A stretch of DNA of 64,000 nt. Source: Octopus sinensis (lineage: Eukaryota). Made by a program: the position numbers and the translations under genes. The first letter of the stretch is position 1; the number at the start of each line of letters is the position of its first letter. The notes under the pieces were generated by a model. It had not been told where the DNA came from and did no database searches. It was given only the letters and a program-made list of their open reading frames with translations. This document shows, in pieces, positions 11,166-24,054 of this stretch. The stretch is taken from positions 62,682,001 to 62,746,000 of the forward strand of contig NC_042999.1 of assembly GCF_006345805.1 (NCBI RefSeq), given 5' to 3'.

Positions 11166-13510
11166 CTGTCACAGGTGCACATAACATTCAATAAACCAGG
11201 CAAACCACAGAAAAGCAAATTAACATCACAGAATAAAATAAAATAGCATATATTAAAAAATTATTTTATGGCTGTTTCTTCATGCTTGCACGAGTCAAAT
11301 GTGTCTAGTTCAGCCATATTTCCGTTCATTTCAATCCTTGCTGATCTTGTAAGACCCAGAATCCAAAAATTTAAATTCATCACGTTTTATATCTTCTGAA
11401 GCCTACTTCTACCACTGTCAGCATATAACACTCTTTTGTCCAGTACTTACAAGAAATTTGCATCATGGATACACACAAGCACAACTGGTTCAGTCCTGTG
11501 TATATCGGCAGAAGCTATAACTGCATCACCAATCCACCAGCCTGCTATTGTGCCCTGCATGCAAGCTGACATTACACATTAAATGAATCATATGTGGTCC
11601 ATCTGTTAGGCTCTACAGACCCTCCACATATAATGTCAGTGGTCTATAGAAACACATTCTTTACACATGCTTTATACAGTCTAACTTTCACAGAGGAAAA
11701 TCAATGCCAACAGAAGTAATAAGAAAAAAAACTTCCATCCTGCCACTTCATTTTTTTTTTTTTGCTCTAGCTTTACACAATTAATATAACCATGTCCAAT
11801 ACTAATTAGATCATCTAGATAATAGAAATTATTTACTACATCTAATGAGCCAGCTCAGCTGTTCATGGATTTCAATTCATAAAGTATTCCTATTGCCAAC
11901 TATTCCTGTAAATATAGCATATTTGAAGTTTTGGTTCTACCAGAGATCTCTCTACCTCTTTTATCCATTTTTGTGCAAGAAAAAAAAATTATAAACATTA
12001 AACAATACAACAAGGGAAAGCTGGCTTCAGTTAAATTTGGTATGAAATAGTTTTTGGTTAGAAAAAGTCTATCCACTTTACTTCATATAGACAGCTTTAA
12101 TTACATACATTTTGATTCCTGGCAGATTATAAAAGACAAAGTGACACAGCCAGCACAAAAATAGCAAAAATATTCATAAATTTATTCTATTATGCCTATG
12201 AAAGAAACAATCCAAATGCTGGCAACAACTGTAGAGTAGATGTAAGTTTTTTATATCAGGTGATCCTAAATTTCTACTCATTTTACACTCTGTAAGAAAA
12301 AAAAAATCCAATTTGGCTATTTAAGGTACATCATCATTTAACGTCCGTTTTCATGCTAGCATGGGTTGGATGGCTCGACCGGGGTCTGGGAAACCAGGAG
12401 GCTGCACTAGGCTCCAGTCTGATCAGGCAGTGTTTCTATAGCTGGATGCCCTTCCTAACGCCAACCACTCCATGTATGTAGTGGGTGCTTTTTACGTGCC
12501 GCAAGCACAGGGGCCAGAGGAGGCTGGCAACAGCCACGATCAGTTGGTGCTTTTTACATGCCAGCCAAGGTGATGCTGGCATCGGCCACATTCAATTTTT
12601 ATAAATGCTGTTGTAGCTGTACCCAATAGCATAGCTACAACATGTAGTGACCCTCAGCATTATACCAACAATATGCTTCTATATGAAACCATATATGGTT
12701 TCATATAACAAGGTAATATGACCAGATGAGTATAAGATCTGACACTTGCTGTGATAATAGTGATACTATTTCAACTGCCAAGAATGGACTATATCTTAGG
12801 TACAGTTTGTTTTCAAGTATATCCTATAAATACCATTTACAACAAATAAAACATAGCTGTTCAATAACTCTAGCACAATAGAAGCAATCCTTACTGTTTT
12901 AATCTAACATTTACAAAAGGGACTGAAGAGATTTTAGTTAATAGCTCCAAGAATGGAATTATAAACTAGTAACAAACAAATTAGTAGCACACCAACATTT
13001 GAACAGGTTTCCAAATCTCTTGCAATAAAAAAAAAATAGCAAAACAAGAAAAAAAAACCCATTATCCTACTTTGGATACATGGCAATAATTCAGTTAAAA
13101 TTGCTGTGCAAGCAGTGAAGGGAATTGTTTTACAGGTATGTCCAAGATGAAGGGAGAGAATGACACTGTGGATATGAGAATGCAGAAAAACCTTTTTCTG
13201 TATTTCACTATCTTAGCAAGACAGTCAGTAAGAGAAAATAAAAGAACAGAGTTAATTTTTTTTTAATGTAATTTTGCATCCAATTTTCCATTGTGATAAG
13301 GAATATCTGTATCAGAGAATACAAGCACTTGTAATAGTTGAGCTGTGTGAAATGGCCCGAGTTTCATTTTGACTGATTAAATGATAATAGGAATTGTTTT
13401 ATCAAAGGGCAAACTATCCATCCATTGGAATTACATTAAATCAAAATATATGATCTCCCCTTACACCCTAGACTAAATCAGTGATAAAGTACAATTTATG
13501 TGTAGCTTAC

Positions 13511-13817
13511 CTAATGGTGTATTATTTGGGGTGGCTGTGTGAGAAGCCTTTGGTGTAGACCGGCTGTGCATATTCAAATTCTCAAAAGACAGTAGGTCTT
13601 GCCCCAAATGGCAATTAACACTTGGTGATTCCATCGTCAACTTAGCCATAGCACCTGCCACAACAGAGTTTAATACTTCAACATTGTCACCTTTCTTGGT
13701 CATGGTGGCACTGGTTGGTGCTGACTCCTCCTCTATCTGCTTCTCAGCAGCTGGCACACTTGCACCATCAACACATGCTGATTGGCTTTTTTCACTCCCA
13801 GGATAATCACCAAGTTC
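13511..13817 (-). CDS. NBR1: NBR1 exon 14 (contains LIR2-like GQDLLSFENL and HTATPNNTP)
   Basis: TTTCACAG/GTAAGC boundaries, 307 nt, phase 0-1. Overlaps ORF 13473..13757. Confidence 0.9.
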
Positions 13818-15311
13818 CTGTGAAACAATAATTCATGAAAAATATAATTTAACAGAGATAATTTTTGTGAAGGCAGAGTATAATTAATTAAATCAATAAA
13901 CAGTGGTAGTAATTTCATCAACCATAGACAAATAAAAGGCAAAATTGACCACAAAAGATAGAGGACAAAATTACATTTATACTAGTTCACAGCCTTTTAA
14001 TAAAATATAAAGACAAATTTCAAAAACAAAAATAAGTTGCTTTTTTTTCTATGAATAGTATAAAGCGTAAAGACCCCTTTCGGTCATGAATGACCATGGG
14101 ATTGCAGCTAGAAAGTTCCCTCCAAGGCACAAGTCCAGGCAAGGTTGTTTATGGAAGACCAGCAGTCACCCATGCATACCAGCCTTGCCTCTCCAGGCCA
14201 CTGATATTATCTGAGCGAAAGGCAAAAGTCGATACAGCTTGGCACCAGTGATGTAACAACTCATTTCTGCAGCTGAGTGAATTGGAGTAATGTGAAATAA
14301 AGTGTCTTGCTCAAGAACGCAACACACAGCCCAGTCTGGGAATCGAACTCACTACCTCATGATTGTGAGCCTGACACTCTAACCAGAGTTATGCACCTTC
14401 ATATGAATAGCTTTTGATTTTTCTATGAATAGTATATAAAATACAAAAAGAAAAAATCTGATCCATTTAAAAATTAAGACCTGAAATCAGATTTGATATG
14501 TAAGCAACATTTATGAAAATAAAACATTTTGCTGTTGTACACATTTCCTAATTTGTCAGATAATGGACCGAAACAATGATGACGATATCTGAATATTGAC
14601 GTAAGAACATAAATAGCAGGTAGAGATTAGCTTGGTGCTTGCATCAAACAAATACAAAACTGCAACTCATTCATTCAAGACACTGACTAAAAGAAAAATT
14701 TAAAAGTAGCCTTTGATAAGTATTAACTGTTGAAGTGCTACAATATTGAGATCAGAGTGGAAAATATTGTAGTTCAATATGGCTATTGTTGGTAGTGGGA
14801 TCTTGACAGGTGTTTGTAACCATGGCCAGACATGTTTTCATGGAAGAATAGGAATAAACATCACTTGTACGACAGTGATGCTCATTTAACAAGTATCATG
14901 TGAAGTCAAAACAAAGGTACACACACACACACACACACACCTGTGTATATACATCATCATCATTTAATGTCCGCTTTCCATGCTAGCATGGGTTGGACGA
15001 TTTGTCTGAGGACTGGCAAACCAGATGGCTGCACCAGACTACAATCTGATCTGGCAGAGTTTCTACAGCTGGATGCCCTTCCTAATGCCAACCACTCCGA
15101 GAGCGTAGTGGGTGCTTTTACGTGCCACTGGCATGAGGGCCAGTCTATCGGTATTGGCAACAGCCATGCTCGAAATGGTGTTTTTTACATGCCACCTGCA
15201 CAGGAGTCAGTCCATCGGCACTGGCAACAACCTTGCTCGAATGCTTTGTTCACGTGCCACCGGGACAATTGCCAGTAAGGCGACGCTGGTAACGATCACT
15301 CTCAAATGGAG

Positions 15312-15312
<1 letters not shown>

Positions 15313-15394
<82 letters not shown>

Positions 15395-15435
15395 CATATA
15401 TATATATACATATATATATATATACACATATATAT

Positions 15436-15514
<79 letters not shown>

Positions 15515-15517
15515 CAC

Positions 15518-15557
<40 letters not shown>
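15313..15557. repeat. Compound microsatellite (TA)n / TATATACA-type units / (CA)n
   Basis: About 245 bp of alternating purine-pyrimidine sequence; source of the spurious YIYI ORFs. Confidence 0.95.
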
Positions 15558-15560
<3 letters not shown>

Positions 15561-15753
15561 CATTTTTTTTTGTAGTTTTCATCTACCAAATCAGCTCACA
15601 CGGTTTTGGTTAGCCTAGAGGTGACAGCAGAAGACACTCACCCAAGATGCTGCATAGTAGGACTGAACCAAGAACCATAAGGTGGGGAAGCAAGCTTTTC
15701 AACCACAGTCACACACAAAATTATTTAATAAAAATACATATGAACTTCCTAAC

Positions 15754-15884
15754 CTCTTTCAGGAGTGTGTAGTTACCCAGTGCAGATTTGTCTGCAGGCT
15801 TTGGTACTACTTCAATGCTGCACCAGACACGAGGTCCAAACAAAACTGATGAATGACACAATTTCCAATAGCTTAGGTATTTAC
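15754..15884 (-). CDS. NBR1: NBR1 exon 13 (FW domain end; GKYLSYWKL...FGPRVWCSIEV)
   Basis: TTCCAG/GTTAGG boundaries, 131 nt, phase 1-0. FGPRVWCSI matches the human NBR1 FW domain. Confidence 0.95.
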
Positions 15885-16045
15885 CTGGAACAAAGAAAAA
15901 ACAAAGAAAAGTTATAGAAACCTAACAACCTTACTTCTTAAAAGTGGTTTCTTTTTACAGAACCATTTCAAATGAAAGTGAAAACAAATCCACTTCCAGG
16001 TCAAAAGTTCAAACTGCAATTCATTACTTCTAAATTATAAGCATA

Positions 16046-16309
16046 CTAGCACTATGACCCGGCATTCAATTGGCATATCAAGTTTTGAGCATTTTGATTG
16101 GGTTTTGGATAGAAAATTCACAAAAAAGTCACTTCTATTGATTTTTTAATGGCTTTGCGGGGTGACTGGGGAAATGTAAAGATGTGCACGACCACCCTTG
16201 GACAGTTTTGAATGACCATAGAAAGTGCGAGCCCTCTAACTGAAAAATTGTGGATTTGTATAAAGGACACACACACACACAGACATTTTGCCGTTTATAT
16301 AAATAGAGA
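16046..16309 (-). mobile_element. Non-autonomous Helitron, copy A (internally deleted)
   Basis: 5'-TCTCTAT...CTAG-3' inserted between A and T. Near-identical to the copies at 20862 and 23352. Confidence 0.8.
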
Positions 16310-16580
16310 TAAATAACACTTATAAACACAATGCAAAACACACTACACACACACACTCATAATTCATGTATATGTTTCAGTTTAAATGCTGTGACTATGC
16401 ACACATTTCTTTTAACACACTATTGCCTACATCAAAGACTATATCCAGATTCTACCTATCCTGCAAAAACAGACAGGAGATATGAACCAAAACTTAACAA
16501 CAAAAAAGCTATCAAGAATATATTACAAAATTCTGAAAATTAAAAAAAAACATCTATAATAAAATAAAGTGTGTACTGAC

Positions 16581-16695
16581 CGGGTTGTTCTGGGGCACTT
16601 AAACATACAGTAACATCACCTTTTTCGCCTGGTTGCAAGAAAGGGACAGTTACCTCAGTGGCAAGAGGGCAGATATTACCAGACTTTAATCGCAT
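16581..16695 (-). CDS. NBR1: NBR1 exon 12 (FW domain middle; MRLKSGN...VPFLQPGEKGDVTVCLSAPEQP)
   Basis: TTAG/GTCAGT boundaries, 115 nt, phase 0-1. Confidence 0.9.
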
Positions 16696-18425
16696 CTAAT
16701 TAAATGCAAAAGAGAAAAAACATACTTATAATACTTGATATAAAAAAAAAAACACTTATTTTACTAGACCAAAAACAATGAAAATTCCCAATTTATAAAA
16801 ACATGTAATGCAGTCATATTAAGGTGCTGTACACAAACTACATATTCACAAGTTCAAATCTTGCAGCTATCATTGAATTATGTTTATAAACAAGACTACT
16901 CACTGCTTACTCTTGGTAAGACACCATAGACTCTACAGTCTACTTCATAGCACAGTGGTTATCAATACATTCATCCAGCTATAAAAACAGTTGCTCAAAA
17001 CAAATAAACCAACCTAGTCATGTAAGCATGGAAATATGAATGTAAAACAGCTAACAAAAAATATATCTATTCAACATATTCATCTATTCTTTGTATTAAA
17101 TATCATATTTACTCGAGTATAGTGCAATCTTGAACATAATGTTTTAGTCTGTTATAAGTTCCATGTTGTGTAAATAACTGAGATTACAACACTCACTTCT
17201 GAATGGGATGCCGGTCTGCCACAAGGTTAACTTCCCACCTGTTTCTGGAATTCATATACAGCTAAGTGAACTGGAACATGAAGTGTTTTGCTCAAGAGCA
17301 CAATATACACTCTCTGATTGGGGAATCAAAGCGATGATCTTACAATCATAAGTGCAACACCCTAACTACTAAGCCATATGTCTTCCATATTTATAGAGTG
17401 TTACACTAAAAATAATTTTAAATATGCTATTTTAAGTCTCTTACACTGTTTAATTATAGCTTCTCAAACCATTTTTTTTGCAATACACATCTTTTTCACT
17501 TTTAGCAATATAACTGGCTACCATGCCGGTGGCACGTAAAAAGCACCATTCGAGCGTGATCGTTACCAGCATCGCCTTACTGGCACTTGCGCTAGTGGCA
17601 CGTGAAAAAAACATTCAAGAAAGGTCGTTGCCAGTGCCGCTGGATTGGCTCCTGTGCAGGTGGCACATAAAAAACACCATTTGAGCGTAGCCACTGCCAG
17701 TACCGATAGACTGGCCCTCATACCAGTGGCACGCAAAAGCACCCACTACACTCTCGGAGTGGTTGGCATTAGGAAGGGCATCCAGCTGTAGAAACTCTGC
17801 CAGAAAAGGATTGGAGCCTGGTGCAGCCATCTGGTTCACCAGTCCTCAGTCAAATTGTCCAACCCATGCTAGCATGGAAAGCAGACATTAAACGATGATG
17901 ATGATGATGATGATTTTGGAGGCTGGGAATATGGCTTTTGAGAATATTTTTTCATATTTTAATTGTACTGACAGTTGCCAAAGCTACCTCAAATACTAGG
18001 TAAAAAATTTCATTGTAGTTTTCAGAACCTTGGCAATTAATAAAATAACAGCATTAGAGAAGCATTTAATCAGCTCTGTTGCCAATTGCACATAACAAGC
18101 CAACAAATATGTGGTAATGCCTTCTACTCTACATAACCTAAAGAATGTTAATGACCAATTAAAAACAATATTAGTGGAAATATAAGTAAACTACTATGTA
18201 ATAAAATTCCTCAGAAAAACCTGCAATCAATAATCATTAATAAAAAAAATCTGCCAAAGAGACTTCTAAATATATCTCATATTACCCAGAAAAAAAGAAC
18301 CCAACTTTTTAAAACTATTCTGAGAAGGATAAGAAAAACGAAATAGTCAGCCAACTGTGATGTGTAAAATCTTTCAATTTCAAGAAAGTGTTTTATCAGT
18401 AATATATGAATAAAAGAACACTAAC

Positions 18426-18546
18426 AACTGTTTTTTCAGTCCAAGCAAATTTTCCAGTGTTCTTCATCCTCCAGGTTTTATACAGCCTAGCAAGAGGCTG
18501 GACTTTTGTTCCATCAGGAATAGTAACATCACACACAAAGGCAGCA
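18426..18546 (-). CDS. NBR1: NBR1 exon 11 (FW/NBR1 domain start; AAFVCDVTIPDGTKVQP...KTWRMKNTGKFAW)
   Basis: Long polypyrimidine tract plus TAG, donor GTTAGT, 121 nt. Hallmark FW motifs DxTIPDGT and WRMKNTG. Confidence 0.95.
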
Positions 18547-18863
18547 CTATCAAAAAGAGAAGAAAAGAAAAATGAAAGTAAAAATTGACAATATATTTGA
18601 GCAGTCTTTCTTCAAAATATTCTGCAGCTAATATACCTAACAAAAATTAGTTTTCCATTAAGTTACTTCACAAACCAAACATGAAGTCTGAGAAAAAGAA
18701 AATGTAAATGACTTCTTGTATAATTTGTTAAAAAAATAAAACCTAAGCTTATAACTTCAAAGAAACAAAGCAACACAAGCACCTCTACAGTTGCTCAACC
18801 TACCACAAATAGCAGCCAAATCTGGCTTCAATGCTTAAGTATGCAACTGTGTAGAATACTTAC

Positions 18864-19016
18864 CCTAATGAATTCCTTAATTCCATTCTTTCCTTTTTCA
18901 TGGGACAACTCTGTCTATAAGCTCGCTTCAATTTCTCATCATACTTCATCTGCAATTCCATTAGCTTTTCTTCTTTCTTCTTCTTGTTAAGCATCTTGGC
19001 CATTTTGACTTGACAT
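18864..19016 (-). CDS. NBR1: NBR1 exon 10 (K/E-rich coiled coil)
   Basis: CAG/GTAAGT boundaries, 153 nt, phase 2-2; KMLNKKKKEEKLMELQMKYDEKLKR. Confidence 0.85.
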
Positions 19017-19963
19017 CTGGTCAAACACAAATAATACAACTCATAGTACTTTAGATAAGCAGCATCCTTCCATAGATACTACTGGCCACTAATAACAACA
19101 ATATATAACTTTCAGGGAGTTTCAAATAGCCAGCCAAGTAAATTAGTGGCTGGCCTTTTAGCATGAGTCCAGTGAGTCTGGGATTAATCTCTGTTGATAG
19201 ATATTACTCAAACAAAAAGTAGATTTCTATTGCACAACCTGCTTGCTAAGCAGAGCTAGTTAACATGAAGGTTTTTTAAAGGTTGATTTTTCTCAAGTAA
19301 AAATATCTTCCATACAGCAAAATTGAAACAACATGCCTTCACCCTCACATTGCATTTCACATAACTAAACACTGGAGTCTTGAACAAGACAGAATTATAA
19401 AATATTTAAGGATGACCTGAAGTATTTAAGTATGGGCCTGTATGTTGTCCTTGAACAGCATTTTGAGATAATTCAAAACAACTGAAGTCAAGGTAAGCAT
19501 TTCAGAAATTTTTTAAAAAAAACCAACATACAAATAACAAAAAAATGTACATTAGGTGCAGGTGTGGCAAGAAGTTTACTCCCCCACAGTTCAATGACTA
19601 AAACAAGTACAAAATAAATGATAAAAAAATATCTATTGATTTACAATAGCTAAAACTTAGTTCTGATTTCATGGTGTTAAACAGGATGACAACATACTTC
19701 AGGTAACATTCCCAGACAATCAAGTACTTATTTCCAACAGATGAGTGTTACATTTAAAATAAAACTACTTAAAAGCAAAACAGCTTCAGTAAATTTGACA
19801 ATAACTCATTCTACTGATAGGTAGATAAGTTGGCCATTTGGCCATTTTTTTCTCAATATTAATCCTTAACTAAAGAGAGAAAAGTATGCAGCTGAAAGTA
19901 TGTGGCTGAACATGTGGCTCAAGAGAAAAAGAAAATCACTTGAAATAATTCATTGAGTAATAT

Positions 19964-20225
19964 TGCAGTGTGGAAGGTGTTTATAAGCCACTTAAGAAAC
20001 ACACTAGATCTGTCAGATTCACTTCAACATTTAAATTTAATTTGTGAAAATATTTTAGTCGCTTTAAGACCATGACCTGTTCACTGACAAAATTTTGTGC
20101 TGCACGAAATTTGTCAGTAAACAGGTCGCAGTCTCAAAGCGATGAAAATTAAATTTAAATGTTGAAGTGAATCTAATGGATTTTGTGTGTTTCTTAAATG
20201 GCTTATAAACACCTTCCACGCAGCA
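19964..20225. mobile_element. Foldback/palindromic MITE-like element
   Basis: Two arms of about 125 bp are reverse complements, centred on CTGACAAAATTTTGTGCTGCACGAAATTTGTCAG. Confidence 0.75.
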
Positions 20226-20368
20226 ACTGTTTTCGTTCCAGCACACGATCTCAAATCAGGACAGTTGCTATGCAAGTACATCTCTGTAATTGAGTAATAT
20301 GTTCTGAATAAATAAGTAACTAAATAAAATTGGTAACAATGTATTTGATAATAAACTTGATACTTTAC

Positions 20369-20614
20369 TTTGACAACTTGGCATGCTGTCGCATATCATC
20401 TGGAATGATTTCATATTCTCCACTGGCTGGCTCGCAAAAATTAATAGCAGCAGAATAATTGTGGCCCTCAGGTTTATAAATTATGCTACGTAACAACGGT
20501 TGCAATTCTGTATCAATTTGACAAGGACGCCGCAACTTTAAGAATACATGAGTAGAGTCATGAACACTCGTCAGATTTTCACACTGTTCACACAAATCAT
20601 AATCTGGACAATTG
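20369..20614 (-). CDS. NBR1: NBR1 exon 9 (ZZ finger, second half; NCPDYDLCEQCE...HDSTHVFLKLRRP)
   Basis: TTGCAG/GTAAAG boundaries, 246 nt, phase 2-2. ZZ consensus CxDYDLCxxC...H...H. Confidence 0.95.
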
Positions 20615-20861
20615 CTGCAACAGAAAACAAAATAATCAAATTTCGTGTGTGCATGAATGTGAGTGTGTAAGAAGGAAGGAATCTAAACATTTTTACTTAT
20701 TATATAAAAAGCAGACGTGCTGTACTAAAGTTTATGTCAATGTACATACAGCAGATAATCTCGGTAAAGCTAGTATTTGTTGATGTGTATCAAGCAACAT
20801 ACACCTACATATAAATCTCTTATATTGTGTACACACGTTTTTACAATTTTGTATATGTATA

Positions 20862-21222
20862 CTAGCACTATGACCTGGCAGCGCTGGCTCATAGTGTTAG
20901 TGCATGCATATACAGCTGCGTGCGTGTGCACATACACGCGAGTACTGTCCAAATCTCCAACCAATCTCATAACGCTAGCTGGCATTCAATTGGCGTATCA
21001 AGTTTCGGGCATTTTGATTGGGTTTTGGATAGAAAATTCACAAAAAAGTCACTTCTATTGATTTTTTTAATGGCTTTGTGGGGTGACTGGGGAAATGTAA
21101 AGATATGCACAACTACCCATGGATGGTTTTGAATGACCATAGAAAGTGCGAGCCCTCTAACTGAAAAATTGTGGATTTGTATAAAGGATACCCACACACA
21201 CAGAGGCAGACATTTCACCATT

Positions 21223-21301
<79 letters not shown>
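20862..21301 (-). mobile_element. Non-autonomous Helitron, copy B (5' end expanded into (TC)n(TA)n)
   Basis: TC...CTAG termini, A|T target, 3' hairpin. Confidence 0.8.
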
Positions 21302-21304
<3 letters not shown>

Positions 21305-22716
21305 AAAAAAAAACTAATCCCTGTTGGATATAAGTTTTGTCAATGATGTATAAATTGTTCTTTGCATCATAAATGGCCATTTATAAATTCCTTTAAGAGT
21401 CATAGAGGAGATAATGTGGGAAAATTTAGGTTTTGTAACCAAGGAACATATAAGCCAAATGTGACTCCATAATTCATATCTCAGATTATCTATAAGACAG
21501 TAATGTTAAATAAGAACTAATACAGGGTAGAAGTGACACTATAGTTATCTTCACATAGCACAACCACACTTGTACTAGTAGCACCTAGTACACTTAACTG
21601 GTTGGTGATAGAAAGAGCATCCAGTTGTACAAAATACACAAAAATAAAACAGGCAAGAAAGAGATAACCAGATGCTACCCATCTAGGAGGGTAGTAACTC
21701 TAGAAAAGAACTGACGCAAGGAAGTGAAGACTCTTTAGTTTTTCCATATAGGAATCTCTTCCAAGTACTAGCATCACAATAAAACACATCCAGTCAACAA
21801 TGGAAGATATACACAACAAAGTTGGTGTTACTGTGAATGTGCAGACCGTAAAAATCCATCTGATATATGATAGCATGGAAAAAAACAAATGTAAAACAAC
21901 AATAATAATCATCATCATCGTTTAACGCCCGCTTTCCATGCTAGCATGGGTTGGACAATTTGAATGAAGGCTGGCGAACCAGATGGCTGCACCAGGCTCC
22001 AATCTTGATCTGGCAGAGTTTCTACAGCTGGATGCCCTTCCTAACACCAACCCCTCCGAAAGTGTAGTGGATACTTTTACGTGCCACCAGCACGGGGGCC
22101 AGTCAGGCGGTACTGGCAATGACCTCGCTCGAATCTTTTTACACATTCCACCTGCACAGGTGCCAGTAAGGTGATGCTGGTAACGATCACGCTTAAATGG
22201 TGCCCTTTTACGTGCCACCGGCACGAAAGCCAGTTAGCCGCTCTGGCAATGATCACACTCAGATGGTGCTCTTAGCACCCTACTAGCACAGGGCACAAGT
22301 GCCAGTAAGGCGCTAGTAGTAATAATAATAGCAACAACAACAATAATAATAATAATACAACAGCAGAAACCAGGATCAACATCCACAAACGCTATATTTC
22401 TTATAAGAGAACTTCCAACATATTAGAGTGAATAAAAAATCTATGCTAGAAAAAGCAGGAAATAATTGTATAAGCACAAGTAGGTATTGCACAAGATTTT
22501 GCTGGAGTAGTTGCTACATCACTTAAGTATTGATCAAATTGATTTCACAATAAGAATTTAAGAATCTGTCTAGTTTCTTTCATGAAGACAGAAGAATCTT
22601 TGAAAAGCACTTTTCAAATTCAGTTTACAATAGAAATTTCTATGAACATGAGAGTTTTTACTTTAGAAACTAACTAAAATCCTAATTGCTAAAGGCAAAT
22701 TTCCAGTGATACTCAC

Positions 22717-22789
22717 CCACATTTGAAACGAACCCCAACAATGGTCCGCTGGCAATAATCACAAATGATTCCTTCATGCCAGTATAATT
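22717..22789 (-). CDS. NBR1: NBR1 exon 8 (ZZ finger, first half; HEGIICDYCQRTIVGVRFKC)
   Basis: TTCTTAG/GTGAGT boundaries, 73 nt. ZZ consensus CDxC...GxRF/YKC. Confidence 0.95.
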
Positions 22790-23189
22790 CTAAGAAAGGA
22801 AAAAAGAGAATATTAATTAGTATTACTTTATAATCATTATATATTAAGCTAACAAAGATTGGTGATTGAATCAACTGCATATTAAACAGCTCATAATTCT
22901 TGCAGTTTCACATACTATACACAAAGAAAATTACAAAATTTAAAGCTTGGATGAATTCTATAAATTCTTTGTACTTAAGCAGTTAAAATACCTGGCAATT
23001 GTTGTAGAATTGCAGTCCTTTTTTTACAAATTTATTTATTATTTTTAAATAACAGAAAAGAACAATTTTTGAGGATTTAAGCATTATAGCACCAAAGCAT
23101 GGACACTTGCACTGCTTTAACAAATTAGGTTTTTTATGTTTTTCTAGCTAGGTTAGCAAGTTGATTTTCTTTGAAACAAAATTACTTAC

Positions 23190-23301
23190 GATATGGAGAA
23201 TCAGCAGGTAAAGTCTGGGTGGTACTGGTAGTACTTGAAACAGAGTCTTGAGTTTTTGTCATTACATCTTGCACAATTTCTGACTTCAATTCCTGCTTCA
23301 A
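23190..23301 (-). CDS. NBR1: NBR1 exon 7 (LKQELKSEIVQDV...DSPY)
   Basis: Polypyrimidine tract plus AAG acceptor, GTAAGT donor, 112 nt, phase 0-1. Confidence 0.8.
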
Positions 23302-23351
23302 CTTTAATGAAAGAAAGATTAATAAATAAATAAGATCATTTATATTACAGA

Positions 23352-23720
23352 CTAGCACTATGACCCGGCAACACTGGGTCATAGTGCTAGTGCATGCATA
23401 TACAGCTGCGTGTGTGCGCACATACACGCGAGTACTGTCCAAATCTCCAACCAATCTCATACAGCTAGCTGGCATTCAATTGGCGTATCAAGTTTCGGGC
23501 ATTTTGATTGGGTTTTGGATAGAAAATTCACAAAAAAGTCACTTCTATTGATTTTTTTAATGGCTTTGCGGGGTGACTGGGGAAATGTAAAGATGTGCAC
23601 AACCACCCTTGGACGGTTTTGAATGCCTATAGAAAGTGCGAGCCCTCTAACTGAAAAATTGTGGATTTGTATAAAGGACACACACACAGATAGACATTTT
23701 GCTGTTTATATATAGAGAGA
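23352..23720 (-). mobile_element. Non-autonomous Helitron, copy C
   Basis: A|TCTCTCTATATATAAAC...GTGCTAG|T. 18-bp hairpin at 23351-23391. Confidence 0.85.
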
Positions 23721-24054
23721 TGCCAAACATTAGAAAAGATTGATTTCTGATTTAAATTTTTTTCATTAGTTATTGAACCAACAATAACATTCAAATTATA
23801 TTAATATGGATTGTTACATCAAAAAAAAAAACATATCAATAGAATATATTGGTGTTGCTAAGAAACTTGCTTCAGGATCATACAGTTTCAAGCTTCATCC
23901 CACTGCATGGCACCCTGAGCCAGCAGAAGCCCATCATATGTATGTATATATAATTGTGTGTGTGTGTGGTGTGTGTGTGTGTGTGTAGGTACATCTCTCG
24001 ATGTACATATATCTCTGTGTGTTTCCATATTGACATCATTTGGGTAGTTTGTTT

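Noticed and set aside
15112-15618. Overlapping YIYIYI/VCVC ORFs (also near 223-450, 33577-33644, 46496-46783, 61813-62491)
   Set aside because: They are translations of (TA)n/(CA)n microsatellites.
18426-18460. Apparent frameshift in the FW exon
   Set aside because: Re-reading gives GGA AAA TTT GCT TGG, which is in frame.
20369-22789. Assignment of the ZZ-finger gene as SQSTM1/p62 or ZZEF1
   Set aside because: The FW domain and the two NBR1-type LIR contexts, together with PB1, identify NBR1.
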